DNA of 64,000 nucleotides from Auanema rhodensis (GCA_964057225.1 OZ059896.1:17732001-17796000), one strand, 5' to 3'; positions 34,209 through 47,501 are shown, numbered from the stretch's first letter. The notes: generated by a model from the sequence alone, not told the origin. A program made the numbers and translations.

Positions 34209-37200
34209 TCATTTAATATCTTGTAAAACAATTGATAATTCTGTCCATTTAGATGGGGTTGTTTTTCCAAATAAACAATATAAAAGAATTGCAGAAAGTA
34301 GTTGACATGCTATTCCTGCATATAGAATAGCCCACTGAAAATTCAGAAGATTACATTTTTTCCACTTGTTTCGTGATTTTTTGTCATTTCTCTCAGAAAG
34401 TCGCGTAAATTTCTAACTTTCTTACTTTTTTTTTTGAAAAAAAAAAAAGAACAGACACATGATGAATGTGAGATACCTGTGAAGCTGAATTATCAGGAAC
34501 AACAAGATTAACAATGATAGGAGCACAGAATATGCAGATAGAAACTATAAATGTATTTCCATTTGCAAGAAAATGAGCATGTTGTCGTGAAATCTAAAAT
34601 ATAAAAAATAAATTTATTTTAAAAATAAGAGAAAGATTACCAATTGAATCTGTTTCATAATGACAACGACAGCGAGACCATTAATAGAATTGAATACAAT
34701 ATATACAATTAATCCAATAATTGCTATATCCGTCTAATTAAAACATATAGTTTGTATTATTTTTTTATTATTAAACTTACAAATATTAAAACTAATAAAC
34801 AACCTGCTGAGATTATTTCAACAATTGCAAATAGCAACATCATACGTGTACGTTGGCATAGCCCCAAGAAATTATCCAACATTTTCCCGTAGAAAAATTT
34901 TAAAATCAACGATATAAGATGAGGTAATGCTCCAGCATATCCTGTACTTCTTATATCATACTTTAAAACCTGAAAAAAGCTTTAGTTATTTGATATTATA
35001 TATTTTATAATTATATATTTATATAACCTTCATAATGACATTCCTTTTAAATTTGTTAAAAGATGTAATGTTTCATCTCTATTATGCACACCTGTACGTA
35101 TTAAAGCATTTAAGAAGGAATTTTAGAGAAGAAAACACAATTGAAAAGGTTATAATGAATAAATCAAAACTTATTCTATTAATTAAACTTTCTTTTTTCT
35201 TTTAAACTATTTAAAACATGATATTTCATTCAAAAATGATAATGATAGAAGAGGGATAGAGAAATGGAAAGTTTAGAAAGATTTTAAACTATTTTTTAGA
35301 TGAAACAAGCATATTACCATGTTTATATATGTTGGTCCATATTGCAAGAATATATACATTCCACTAAAAAATGAAAAATACATATACCATGCTATCCATA
35401 CCTGAAAACCAAAAAAACTTTTATCTTCAATGTTTCTTTAAAAAATAAAATTAATGAGAAAAATCATTTCGAAACCTGAATATCAGTGAATAATTTGAAA
35501 AATGGTATATCAGATGTATTACTGATCTTCTGTACTTCTGATTTTCCTTTTCCAATGACAATTTTCTCATCCTCACTAATAAATCTGAGAATATGTATAT
35601 AGATTGTAATATTTTAATAAAAAAATTGATATATTAACCTATTTTTCTTATAATTATCATTATATAAATAATAAAATATTCCCAAAAATAAAATGGTTAC
35701 ACCGCTTAAGAAGTAATATGTGTATTCCCAATGAAAGTTAGAACACATTTCTCCAGCAGTTACCATTGCAATAATAGGTGAAATCTTAATTTTTATATAT
35801 TATATGTATAATTAATATAATTATAAAATACTTGATATATAGAAGATAATATAGCAATTGCAAATCCAACTTCATTCTTTGGTGCCCATTCCATTGAAAC
35901 ATTATTTACTGCCCATAAGATAATTGCCCCCGGCATTCCCTATATTTCAAAATTTCAAAAAAAAAAACGATACAGATCATATTAATTAGGTTGATGTATA
36001 TATAATCACCTGAATCATTCGAATAATAAAAGATGGAACAAATCCTTGTCTATCACTCCAAGGATATAAAAGAGATGAGAAACATCCGGCCAATACATAG
36101 ATTGAGATAACTTTTCTTAAAAGTATACGTATATTTCTTTAATTCTTTCATATAATACTAAGATTATTAATAATAATAATAAATACTGATTTATGATTTT
36201 TTTTGAGATTTAAAGACGATTTATAAACTTTATAAAACTTGATGTAAAGATAAAAACTTTTAAAGATTTTTATATTTATAATATAGTTTAGATATATTAT
36301 ATAATATAGTTATATTAGTTTGAAATGATTATATAAGATTGATCATTTGCTTTTTGCTTATTTTGAATAGTTTTATTATGAAAAAACCTTCATTTATGCT
36401 TGATATTCCCAAGTTAAGTAACTCAAATGATATACAAACTTCCAAGTATAGATATAGAATAATAAAAAATTATATTAAGATATAACTATATACATATAGT
36501 AATGTATGTTAACTAGTTGTTTAATATCTATCTGATCTTTTAATTATGATTTCATTAAAGATTTTATAATTTTACTTAATTAATAGTGAAACATTCTCGC
36601 CCTCTATCGTTTGTCATCGTATTCAAAGATGAGAAAGATTGCCACAGACCATAACAGGAATTGAATTGAATTTAGATATCAACTGAAGTAAAATCAAAGA
36701 AGAATCGTAATACGTACGACATCATACGTTGATACTTTGAACTATTTCAATCATGAGAAACAGTTGTAGTACATGAATGAACCCAAATGCGAACAAAATG
36801 TTAAAAAAATATATTTTTCTTCGTTAAAAATGTTTTAAAAGTTTTCAAACTTTGGTTCATTTTTAAGATTAAAAGATCAAAACAAAGAAGAGATATATAG
36901 ATAATACTCTTGTAATACAAGTCAGAAAGATTGTCCATTTGCAGAGCATATCTTTCATAAATTTTTCTTGGAAAATGAAATTTTTTGCTCAAAAAAAGGC
37001 CAAAAACTATTTCATTTTAATTCTCTGACGTACGCACATATATACTTTGATATTTGTTCAAAATATTTTTAATCATAATACCTTGTTCCTAATGAATTTA
37101 AGAAGGACAATGGTATTAAGCCTAAAACAAGTCCAATGGAAACGGATGAGAATGACCATCCACGAAGGTTTGGGTCAGCCAAGTAATGTTCTATAAAAAC

Positions 37201-37436
37201 CAATGTTTTTCGAAGAAAATGCTTTAAAGTTTTATTCAAGTTCTAAACCAAAAGGCTTATAGGTCTACAAACCTGTATCATTTATATTATATTGACATAA
37301 TATGGTAGAATGAAATGATAATCTTAAAGCAAATACCAATGATATGGTCCATGTACTTAAAACTAAAATTAAATTAAAATATAATTATAATAAAATAAAA
37401 TAAAAACTTACAGTATATAATATAACGAAAATTCAT
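34209..37436 (-). CDS. Major facilitator superfamily transporter (SLC17/anion:cation symporter-like)
   Basis: MNFRYIIYFLSTWTISLVFALRLSF..., RGWSFSSVSIG, FIIRMIQG, EWAPKNEVGFAIAILSS, GEMCSNFHWEYTYYF, ...WAILYAG...TPSKWTE...IK*. About 12 TM segments across short exons. Confidence 0.85.
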
Positions 37437-38658
37437 CGTTTATATTTACTAATTAATTATAAAAATAATTATTATTTTAAAATTAAAATTTGATAAAGCA
37501 TAAAGTTTATAATACTTTTGAACCAATTTTGCAGAAAAGTAATATAAATCTTCTGAAATAAATTGATATGATGAAATAATAAGATATGAAATATAAAAAT
37601 TATTACACTAAAATATAAAAAGAAAATGATAATGATGTTCAAAGAAAATGTTTTGGAAATGTCAATGTTTTATCTGACACTTTAAATGGATATAACTAGA
37701 TAAATTCAATAATTCTTTAATTATAAATATTATGTTTTATAAAAATAATAAAGTTTCAAGTACTTTAAACCATAATAAACTTTAATTTTCAAATTAATAG
37801 TCTTAGATTAGATATCATTGACTATGTGTTGTTTTCAAAATGATATTTTACAAGAAGGAACTGAATAATTTGATGATTAAGATTCAAGATATTCCATTTA
37901 GGATTGAAAACACCAAATGTTTGAGAAAGTTTGAAATAAAAAAAAGTTTTTGACACTGTCAGAGAGAATGAAAGAGAGAGAAACACATGAAGCCATCATC
38001 AAATGCGCACAAAAAAAATTTTTTTGTTTCAGAAAAATCAGAAAAGACGAAATTGAATCGATTTTAATGTTTTTATTTTATTTGTTTTGTTAATTTTTTT
38101 GTAAAAAAAGAAAAGAAAATTAAAAGGTTTATATATTACATATAGATATATAAGATATAATGAATTATTATTCATTATTCAATTATAATTTTCTTCGTTT
38201 TTTCCCTTCAAATAAATATTTGTAAAACTTTGTTTTCAAAATATAGATTAATGTTCCGCACTGATGTTCCGAATTATTTTCTTTTTCTGCTTTTCCCCCT
38301 CTATCTTTCTTTCAATCTTTGCCACACATAAGGAAAATCTATTGTGATGTTAACGATGACTCATACGGGATATAGCACAAATGTTTTTTTAAATGTCTGG
38401 TTGCTAAGTTACAACACAATAAATCGATTCATTTATTCTGGAATGATTAAACAATAAAAAAAAACTGAACAAATCTTTTATTATCTGAAAAGTAAATACA
38501 AATAATATTTAAAGAGTCTTAAACGAAAAGTTCGCTTAAAACTGACCAATTGACCGGCTCCCGGCTGTTTTAACCGTCGTCAGTCATCTTCATATACACA
38601 TACACCCCTGAAGTTTTTGAAAATCTATTCGAATTTCTTCATTTTCATTCAAAATATA

Positions 38659-39028
38659 ATGAATAAAACAACTCTTCTGGCAATTACTTTCATTATTCAA
38701 TTGATGGTATTAGCTGATTCATCGTCATTAGCATCAATCACATGTCGGAGCATGCTTACATCTCCAGAAGCTGCTCAAAAAGCTTGTTCTGATTATTGCA
38801 TTGAAAAGGTATTAGCAACATACTATTTTCCTTTGTTTTATCAGATTATATCAATCTTTATTCTCAAAATAACATCTGATTCAATTGTTTTGACGATTTT
38901 CATTGCAGCATTGCTTGACCGGAGACTGCTCAATGATGGAGGAGAAGCCTACTTGTTCGTGTAGTAAATGCTCCGCAGCTGCTGAGACCTTGGAACAAGC
39001 GACTCATGAAATCCCTTTGTGGGCATAA
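38659..39028 (+). CDS. ABF/ASABF-type CS-alpha-beta defensin-like peptide precursor (89 aa)
   Basis: Exons 38659-38808 and 38909-39028. Product: MNKTTLLAITFIIQLMVLADS-SSLASITCRSMLTSPEAAQKACSDYCIEKHCLTGDCSMMEEKPTCSCSKCSAAAETLEQATHEIPLWA*. The 8-Cys pattern (CxxxC...CxxGxC...PTCxCxxC) and C-terminal IPL resemble nematode ABF peptides. Confidence 0.85.
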
Positions 39029-40168
39029 AACAACAAAACAATAATATTAATAATAATCTGTGTTAACTATATAATATTATAATTTTAAATTAGCTATATA
39101 AGTAATATATAAGACTAAAATATTTTAAATAAACTTCAATATAATAAGAAAGATTTCACTTATATATAACTTAACCAGTTTATATCAACTTCAAAGAAAT
39201 ATTATCAATTGATAAAAGAAATACATAATCGTATATGAATCATGAAACAAGATCTTTTACTCTTCTTCTTTCTCTTCAGAAATCTACTTGATTACAAGAA
39301 ATCTGCATTCTTAACTATAACACAATACGAATAAGAGAACTGAATGTTTTGATTGCGTGAATCGTTAGGATTCTAAGATTTTTTTGTTTTTTTCGTCAAT
39401 TCTCTAAATAAACATTGATAGAATTAAACTACACTCTACACAAACATACACAAAAAGTCTGAACCATTAATCTGAGCTTATATGGTACAAAATGAACAAA
39501 ATGAAGAAACAATATGAAATATGAAATATAAAATTATAATTTATAATATCTATATTATAAATATATTTAAATAGAACATTAAAAATAACCATCAGAATTA
39601 AACAAATCAAATAAATCACATATTTATCTTATTAACTGTATAAACCTATTACCAGTTGAGTTAGCTGCCGTACGAATTATTTCCAACGAGATTTTCAGAA
39701 TGACAGTTAGTCAGTTACCTAATTGTTTAACTGATATAGACGTGCTTCTAACTGCGTAGTTTAATCAGTTTCATCAGCTAATGATTTTGTGCTTGGATAA
39801 AGATCTAGTTATTTGCAACGAACTGCTAGACTAACAACGGGAAATAGCTAATAAACTGGTTCATATAAGCTAGTAAGACTAGTACTATATAAGAAAGAAT
39901 AGCTCTTGTAGAAGACAGTTCACTTACAACTACAATTCTTCTATTATAATCAATCTGATCTTTTAAAATATTTATTCTGTTTAGAGAATCTTCACAAACT
40001 TTACCAAAATTTGTTTTAAATTTTCAAATTTAATCATAATTTTTAGAATAATTTGAATTACATATGAATGATATTACTATTTACTGAACATAATTCTCTC
40101 CATATCTCTCATTTCTTCTTCTCCTCTGCTTGATTTGCAGCACAACTTCTCACCTTATTCTTTTCAGA

Positions 40169-41080
40169 ATGAAGTTTATCCTCATCAGTCTCTGCCTTGT
40201 CGGCTTGTCATCTGCTTTCCTCTTCCCTATGGGAGACAGCGGATGCGGCTGCCAACAGCAATCTTCTTGCGGATGCAGTGCTCCACAACAATCTTCATGC
40301 TGTCCACCACCATGTCCACCACCATGCCCACCACCATGCCCACCACCATGCCCACCACCATGCCCACCACCATGCCCACCACCATGTCCTCCACCATGCC
40401 CACCACCATGCCCACCACCATGCCCACCACCATGCCCACCACCACAACCATCTTGCGGATGTGGAGCTCCACCACCACCACCAAGCTGCGGAGGAGGAGG
40501 TAAAACATAATATAATGAACTATATAATCACATGTATCATTGAACAGGAGGAGGATGCGGAGGAGGATGCGGAGGAGGATGCGGAGGTGGATGCGGAGGA
40601 CGCAAGAAGAGAGAGGCCGTTAACGTCATCACCCACGAGGATGCTTCCAAGTGCAACAACGAAGAACTCCGTCAAGTTCTTCTCAACGTACGTGCCTTAC
40701 TCACTTCATAGTTTTCCGTTTCTCATACCTTGCATTTCCAGAACATGAAGGCTGATGATGAACTCTCTCTCAAGGCCATCAAGCAAGCTCTCGGAGATGT
40801 CCATGACTACATCATCACCTGTAACTCCAAGCCATTCAACTTCATCGCCAACGTTGACGACTACTGCTCCCATGAGAAGGAGGACCTTCACTGCACCATC
40901 CTCCGCATCAACGTCAAGACCGAAGAGAAGGTTGAAGAGGTCAAGAGCACCGCTGAAGTCAACCCAGAAGAGGTCAAGACTGAAGAAGTTGTGAGTTTCA
41001 ATTTTCTTTTTACGAGCAATCATGTATTACGTTTTCAGAAGGAGACCAAGGAGGAAGCTGACCCAGTCAAGAAGAACTAA
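40169..41080 (+). CDS. Ground-like (grl, hedgehog-related) secreted protein, copy 1
   Basis: Signal peptide MKFILISLCLVGLSSA, (CPPP)x12, GGGC repeats, RKKR furin site, ground-like domain CNNEELRQVL...YIITCNSKPFNF...YCSHEKEDLHC, and an acidic tail. Four exons. Confidence 0.88.
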
Positions 41081-41252
41081 GGAAGCTCTCAACTTTCTCA
41101 ATTAGAAACTCATTCGTAGTACAATAAATAATTCATCAATTTCCATTGTTCTTACTATGCTTAGTAGTCGAATCGCAATCTCTAAAATCAAAAAAAAACA
41201 AATGCTGATGCAAATCATCTTTATTCTATAATCGTCTTCTTCATCGTTTGGT

Positions 41253-44200
41253 TTAGAGAAGGAAAGATCTATTTGGGCATGGACAGTATCCAGCGTCTGG
41301 TCCAACTGATCCGTCGGATCCTGGCTCTCCTGATCTGTAGGTGGTTCCTGGCTCTTCTGCAGCTCAAGGTTGATGTTCCCGTTTTGTGTGTCCTGGTTGT
41401 GTAGAAGCACTATTATTTTTGACTCTTTCCGGTTATCCCTTAGGTCCGACTGATCCATAATTTCTTTGAAATTCTCGTGTTCTCGGGGCTCTTGGTCTGT
41501 AGCTGGTTCATGGCTCTATTCCACAGGTCCAACTGCTCCGAGTTTTTCATCAGATTTTGGGGTTATTAGACCTTCTGGTCTGTAGCTGGTTCCTGGCCTA
41601 TTCCACAGGTCCAACTGCTCCGAGTTTTTCATCAGATTCTGGGGTTATTAGACCTTCTGGTCTGTAGCTGGTTCCTGGCCTATTCCATAGGTCCAACTGG
41701 TCCAAGTAAGTTCCTGGCTCTATTCCACAGGTCCAACGGGTTCAAGATTTTCTTGAGATTCTGGGGGTACCGGAAACCCTAGTCTATAGCTGGTTCCTGG
41801 CTCTATTCCACAGGTCCAACTGGTTCAAGTTTTCCTTGAGATTCTGGGGGTACCGGAAACCCTGGTCTGTAGCTGGTACCGGAAACCCTGGTCTGTAGCA
41901 TTCCTGGCTCTATTCCACAGGTCCAACTGGTTCTAGTTTTCCTTGAGATTCTGGGGTTACTGGGGCTTCTGGTCTGTAGCTGGTTCCTGGCTCTATTCCA
42001 CAGGTCCAACTGGTTCAAGTTTTTCTTGAGATTCTGGGGGTACCGGAAACCCTGGTCTGAAGCTGGTTCCTAGCTCTATTCCACAGGTCCAACTGGTTCA
42101 AGTTTTCCTTGAGATTCTGGGGGTACCGGAAACCCTGGTCTGTAGCTGGTACCGGAAACCCTGGTCTGTAGCATTCCTGGCTCTATTCCACAGGTCCAAC
42201 TGGTTCTAGTTTTCCTTGAGATTCTGGGGTTACTGGGGCTTCTGGTCTGTAGCTGGTTCCTGGCTCTATTCCACAGGTCCAACTGGTTCAAGTTTTTCTT
42301 GAGATTCTGGGGGTACCGGAAACCCTGGTCTGTAGCTGGTTCCTGGCTCTATTCCACAGGTCCAACTGGTTCAAGTTTTTCTTGAGATTCTTGGGGTACC
42401 GGAAACCCTAGTCTATAGCTGGTTCCTGGCTCTATTCCACAGGTCCAACTGGTTCAAGTTTTCCTTGAGATTCTGGGGGTACCGGAAACCCTGGTCTGTA
42501 GCTGGTACCGGAAACCGTGGTCTGTAGCATTCCTGGCTCTATTCCACAGGTCCAACTGGTTCTAGTTTTTCATCAGATTCTGGGGTTATTAGACCTTTTG
42601 GTCTGTAGCTGGTTCCTGGCCTATTCCATAGGTCCAACTGCTCCGAGTTTTTCATCAGATTCTGGGGTTATTAGAGCTTCTGGTCTGTAGCTGGTTCCTG
42701 GCTCTATTCCACAGGTCCAACGGGTTCAAGTTTTTCTTGAGATTCTGGGGGTACCGGAAACCCTAGTCTATAGCTGGTTCCTGGCTCTATTCCACAGGTC
42801 CAACTGGTTCAAGTTTTTCTTGAGATTCTGGGGGTACCGGAAACCCTGGTCTGTAGCTGGTACCGGAAACCCTGGTCTGTAACATTCCTGGCTCTATTCC
42901 ACAGGTCCAACTGGTTCTAGTTTTTCTTGAGATTCTGGGGTTACTGGGGCTTCTGGTCTGTAGCTGGTTCCTGGCTCTATTCCACAGGTCCAACTGGTTC
43001 AAGTTTTTTTTGTGATTCTGGGGGTACCGGAAACCCTAGTCTATAGCTGGTTCCTGGCTCTATTCCACAGGTCCAACTGCTCCGAGTTTTTCATCAGATT
43101 CTGGGGTTATTAGACCTTCTGGTCTGTAGCTGGTTCCTGGCCTATTCCATAGGTCCAACTGGTCCAAGTATTCCATCAGATCCTGGGGTTACTGGGGCTA
43201 ATGGTCTGTAGCTGGTTCCTGGCTCTATTACACAGTTCCAACAGATTCAATTTTTCCTTGAGAATCTGGGGGTACCGGAAACCCTAGTCTATAGCTGGTT
43301 CCTGGCTCTATTCCACAGGTCCAACTGGTTCAAGATTTTCTTGAGATTCTGGGGTTATTAGACCTTCTGGTCTGTAGCTGGTTCCTGGCCTATTCCATAG
43401 GTCCAACTGATTCAATTTTTCCTTGAGAATCTGGGGGTACCGGAAACCCTAGTCTATAACTGGTTCCTGGCTCTATTCCACAGGTCCAACGGGTTCAAGA
43501 TTTTCTTGAGATTCTGGGGTTACTGGGGCTTCTGGTCTGTAGCTGGTTCTTGGCTCTATTCCACAGGTCCAACTGGTTCAAGTTTTTCTTGAGATTCTGG
43601 GGGTACCGGAAACCCTAGTCTATAGCTGGTTCCTGGCTCTATTCCACAGGTCCAACTGGTTCTAGTTTTTCTTGAGATTCTGGGGGTACCGGAAACCCTA
43701 GTCTATAGCTGGTTCCTGGCTCTATTCCACAGGTCCAACTGGTTCAAGTTTTTCTTGAGATTCTGGGGGTACCGGAAACCCTAGTCTATAGCTGGTTCCT
43801 GGCTCTATTCCACAGGTCCAACTGGTTCTAGTTTTCCTTGAGATTCTGGGGTTACTGGGGCTTCTGGTCTGTAGCTGGTTCTTGGCTCTATTCCACAGGT
43901 CCAACTGGTTCAAGTTTTTCTTGAGATTCTGGGGGTACCGGAAACCCTAGTCTATAGCTGGTTCCTGGCTCTATTCCACAGGTCCAACTGGTTCTAGTTT
44001 TCCTTGAGATTCTGGGGTTACTGGGGCTTCTGGTCTGTAGCTGGTTCTTGGCTCTATTCCACAGGTCCAACTGGTTCAAGTTTTTCTTGAGATTCTGGGG
44101 GTACCGGAAACCCTAGTCTATAGCTGGTTCCTGGCTCTATTCCACAGGTCCAACTGCTCCGAGTTTTTCATCAGATTCTGGGGTTATTAGACCTTCTGGT

Positions 44201-47200
44201 CTGTAGCTGGTTCCTGGCCTATTCCATAGGTCCAACTGATTCAATTTTTCCTTGAGAATCTGGGGGTACCGGAAACCCTAGTCTATAACTGGTTCCTGGC
44301 TCTATTCCACAGGTCCAACTGCTCCGAGTTTTTCATCAGATTCTGGGGTTATTAGACCTTCTGGTCTGTAGCTGGTTCCTGGCCTATTCCATAGGTCCAA
44401 CTGATTCAATTTTTCCTTGAGAATCTGGGGGTACCGGAAACCCTAGTCTATAACTGGTTCCTGGCTCTATTCCACAGGTCCAACTGCTCCGAGTTTTTCA
44501 TCAGATTCTGGGGTTATTAGACCTTCTGGTCTGTAGCTGGTTCCTGGCCTATTTCATAGGTCCAACTGATTCAATTTTTCCTTGAGATTCTGGGGGTACC
44601 GGAAACCCTAGTCTATAGCTGGTTCCTGGCTCTGTTCCACAGGTTCAACTGCTCCGAGTTTTTCATCAGATTCTGGGGTTATTAGACCTTCTGGTCTGTA
44701 GCTGGTTCCTGGCCTATTCCATAGGTCCAACTGATTCAATTTTTCCTTGAGATTCTGGGGGTACCGGAAACCCTAGTCTATAGCTGGTTCCTGGCTCTAT
44801 TCCACAGGTCCAACTGCTCCGAGTTTTTCATCAGATTCTGGGGTTATTAGACCTTCTGGTCTGTAGCTGGTTCCTGGCCTATTCCATAGGTCCAACTGAT
44901 TCAATTTTTCCTTGAGATTCTGGGGGTACCGGAAACCCTAGTCTATAGCTGGTTCCTGGCTCTGTTCCACAGGTCCAACTGCTCCGAGTTTTTCATCAGA
45001 TTCTGGGGTTATTAGACCTTATGGTCTGTAGCTGGTTCCTGGCCTATTCCATAGGTCCAACTGATTCAATTTTTCCTTGAGAATCTGGGGGTACCGGAAA
45101 CCCTAGTCTATAACTGGTTCCTGGCTCTATTCCACAGGTCCAACGGGTTCAAGATTTTCTTGAGATTCTGGGGGTACCGCAAAACTCTAGTCTATAGCTG
45201 GTTCCTGGCTCTATTCCACAGGTCCAACTGGTTCTAGTATTCCTTGAGATTCTGGGGTTACTGGGGCTTCTGGTCTGTAGCTGGTTCTTGGCTCTATTCC
45301 ACAGGTCCAACTGGTTCAAGTTTTTCTTGAGATTCTGGGGGTACCGGAAACCCTAGTCTATAGCTGGTTCCTGGCTCTATTCCACAGGTCCAACTGCTCC
45401 GAGTTTTTCATCAGATTCTGGGGTTATTAGACCTTCTGGTCTGTAGCAGGTTCCTGGCCTATTCCATAGGTCCAACTGGTTCAAGTTTTCCTTGAGATTC
45501 TGGGGGTACCGGAAACCCTGGTCTGTAGCTGGTACCGGAAACCCTGGTCTGTAGCATTCCTATCTCTATTCCACAGGTCCAACTGGTTCTAGTTTTCCTT
45601 GAGATTCTGGGGTTACTGGGGCTTCTGGTCTGTAGCTGGTTCCTGGCTCTATTCCACAGGTCCAACTGCTCCGAGTTTTTCATCAGATTCTGGGGTTATT
45701 AGACCTTCTGGTCTGTAGCTGGTTCCTGGCCTATTCCATAGGTCCAACTGATTCAATTTTTCCTTGAGATTCTGGGGGTACCGGAAACTCTAGTCTATAG
45801 CTGGTTCCTGGCTCTGTTCCACAGGTCCAACTGCTCCGAGTTTTTCATCAGATTCTGGGGTTATTAGACCTTCTGGTCTGTAGCTGGTTCCTGGCCTATT
45901 CCATAGGTCCAACTGATTCAATTTTTCCTTGAGATTCTGGGGGTACCGGAAACCCTAGTCTATAGCTGGTTTCTGGCTCTGTTCCACAGGTCCAACTGCT
46001 CCGAGTTTTTCATCAGATTCTGGGGTTATTAGACCTTCTGGTCTGTAGCTGGTTCCTGGCCTATTCCATAGGTCCAACTGATTCAATTTTTTCTTGAGAA
46101 TCTGGGGGTACCGGAAACCCTGGTCTGTAGCTGGTACCGGAAACCCTGGTCTGTAGCATTTCTGGCTCTATTCCACAGGTCCAACTGGTTCTAGTTTTCC
46201 TTGAGATTCTGGGGTTACTGGGGCTTCTGGTCTGTAGCTGGTTCCTGGCTCTATTCCACAGGTCCAACTGGTTCAAGTTTTCCTTGAGATTCTGGGGGTA
46301 CCGGAAACCCTAGTCTATAGCTGGTTCCTGGCTCTATTCCACAGGTCCAACTGGTTCAAGTTTTCCTTGAGATTCTGGGGGTACCGGAAACCCTGGTCTG
46401 TAGCTGTTACCGGAAACCCTGGTCTGTAGCTGTTACCAGAAACCCTGGTCTGTAACATTCCTGGCTCTATTCCACAGGTCCAACTGGTTCAAGTTTTCCT
46501 TGAGATTCTGGGGGTACCGGAAACCCTAGTCTATAGCTGGTTCCTGGCTCTATTCCACAGGTCCAACTGGTTCAAGTTTTCCTTGAGATTCTGGGGGTAC
46601 CGGAAACCCTGGTCTGTAGCTGTTACCGGAAACCCTGGTCTGTAGCTGTTACCAGAAACCCTGGTCTGTAACATTCCTGGCTCTATTCCACAGGTCCAAC
46701 TGGTTCTAGTTTTTCTTGAGATTCTGGGGGTACCGGAAACCCTGGTCTGTAGCTGGTTCCTGGATTATTCCATAGGTCCAACTGGTCCGAGTTTTTCATC
46801 AGATTCTGGGGTTATTAGACCTTCTGGTCTGTAGCATTCCTGACTCTATTCCACAGGTCCAACTGGTTCAAGTTTTCCTTGTGATTCTGGGGGTACCGGA
46901 AACCTTGGTCTGTAGCTAGTTCCTGGCTCTATTCCACAGGTCCAACTGGTTCAAGTTTTAGGGTCCATGTTTTTCTTGAAATCCTGGGGTCACAGCGGCT
47001 TCTGGTATTCAGCTGGTTCCGTGATCTCTATCAGCTCCACGCTGTTCGGCACGTTCTGGGTGTCTTGGCTTTTCTGGATGTCCTGGTTCTCCTGGTTGTC
47101 CATCCGATCCTGGGTTTCCGAAAGCTCCTGATAACTCATGTGGTCCAGCGGCTCCTGGAACTCTTGGTGGTCGAGCTGGGCAACGAATGCTTCCTTGGCG

Positions 47201-47501
47201 ACGTGGTTGGCATTTAACTGATGAAGCATATTCTGAGCGTCCTTGAGTTCCGTTTTCTTCTGAAGTTCCGTCCTGTAGTCCTGTCCTAGATGTCCATCTC
47301 CTCTTGGTCCTAAACAAGTATTAGATTGAATTTGCATTCATCTCCGATAAGGAACACACCTAGTGGTCCATCTGGACAAGCAGTTGGTTGAAATCTACAG
47401 TAGTATTGCTCGAATCTCCAAGTAGATCTTTCATTACATCAGAAAGACTTGTGACGGAAGAGCTTCCAGATTCAGTTCCAACAACACGTTCCCAGGTGTC
47501 A
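41253..47501 (-). pseudogene. 5'-truncated cuticle collagen pseudogene interrupted by a satellite array
   Basis: Collinear with the collagen at 49008-49760, including its intron. It lacks the promoter, ATG and TM anchor. There is a 1-nt frameshift near 47435, the RKKR site and a Cys are destroyed, many Gly codons are lost, and 27 bp are deleted. Confidence 0.9.
41436..47030. repeat. ~5.5-kb tandem array of 82-83-bp (and 107-bp variant) monomers derived from collagen coding sequence
   Basis: Consensus-like monomer: GGTCCAACTGGTTCAAGTTTTCCTTGAGATTCTGGGGTTACTGGGGCTTCTGGTCTGTAGCTGGTTCCTGGCTCTATTCCACA. Periodicities are 83, 165/166 and 273 bp. About 65 copies, estimated from length rather than counted. 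Confidence 0.97.

Noticed and set aside
41803-46276. Repeated 63-74-aa ORFs (MNQLDLWNRARNQ...) in the array
   Set aside because: These are chance read-throughs of 83-bp units that shift frame each monomer. They have non-ATG starts and no gene structure.
41436-47030. CRISPR-like appearance of the regularly spaced repeat array
   Set aside because: There are no unique spacers. The whole unit repeats and derives from collagen, the context is eukaryotic, and there are no cas genes.
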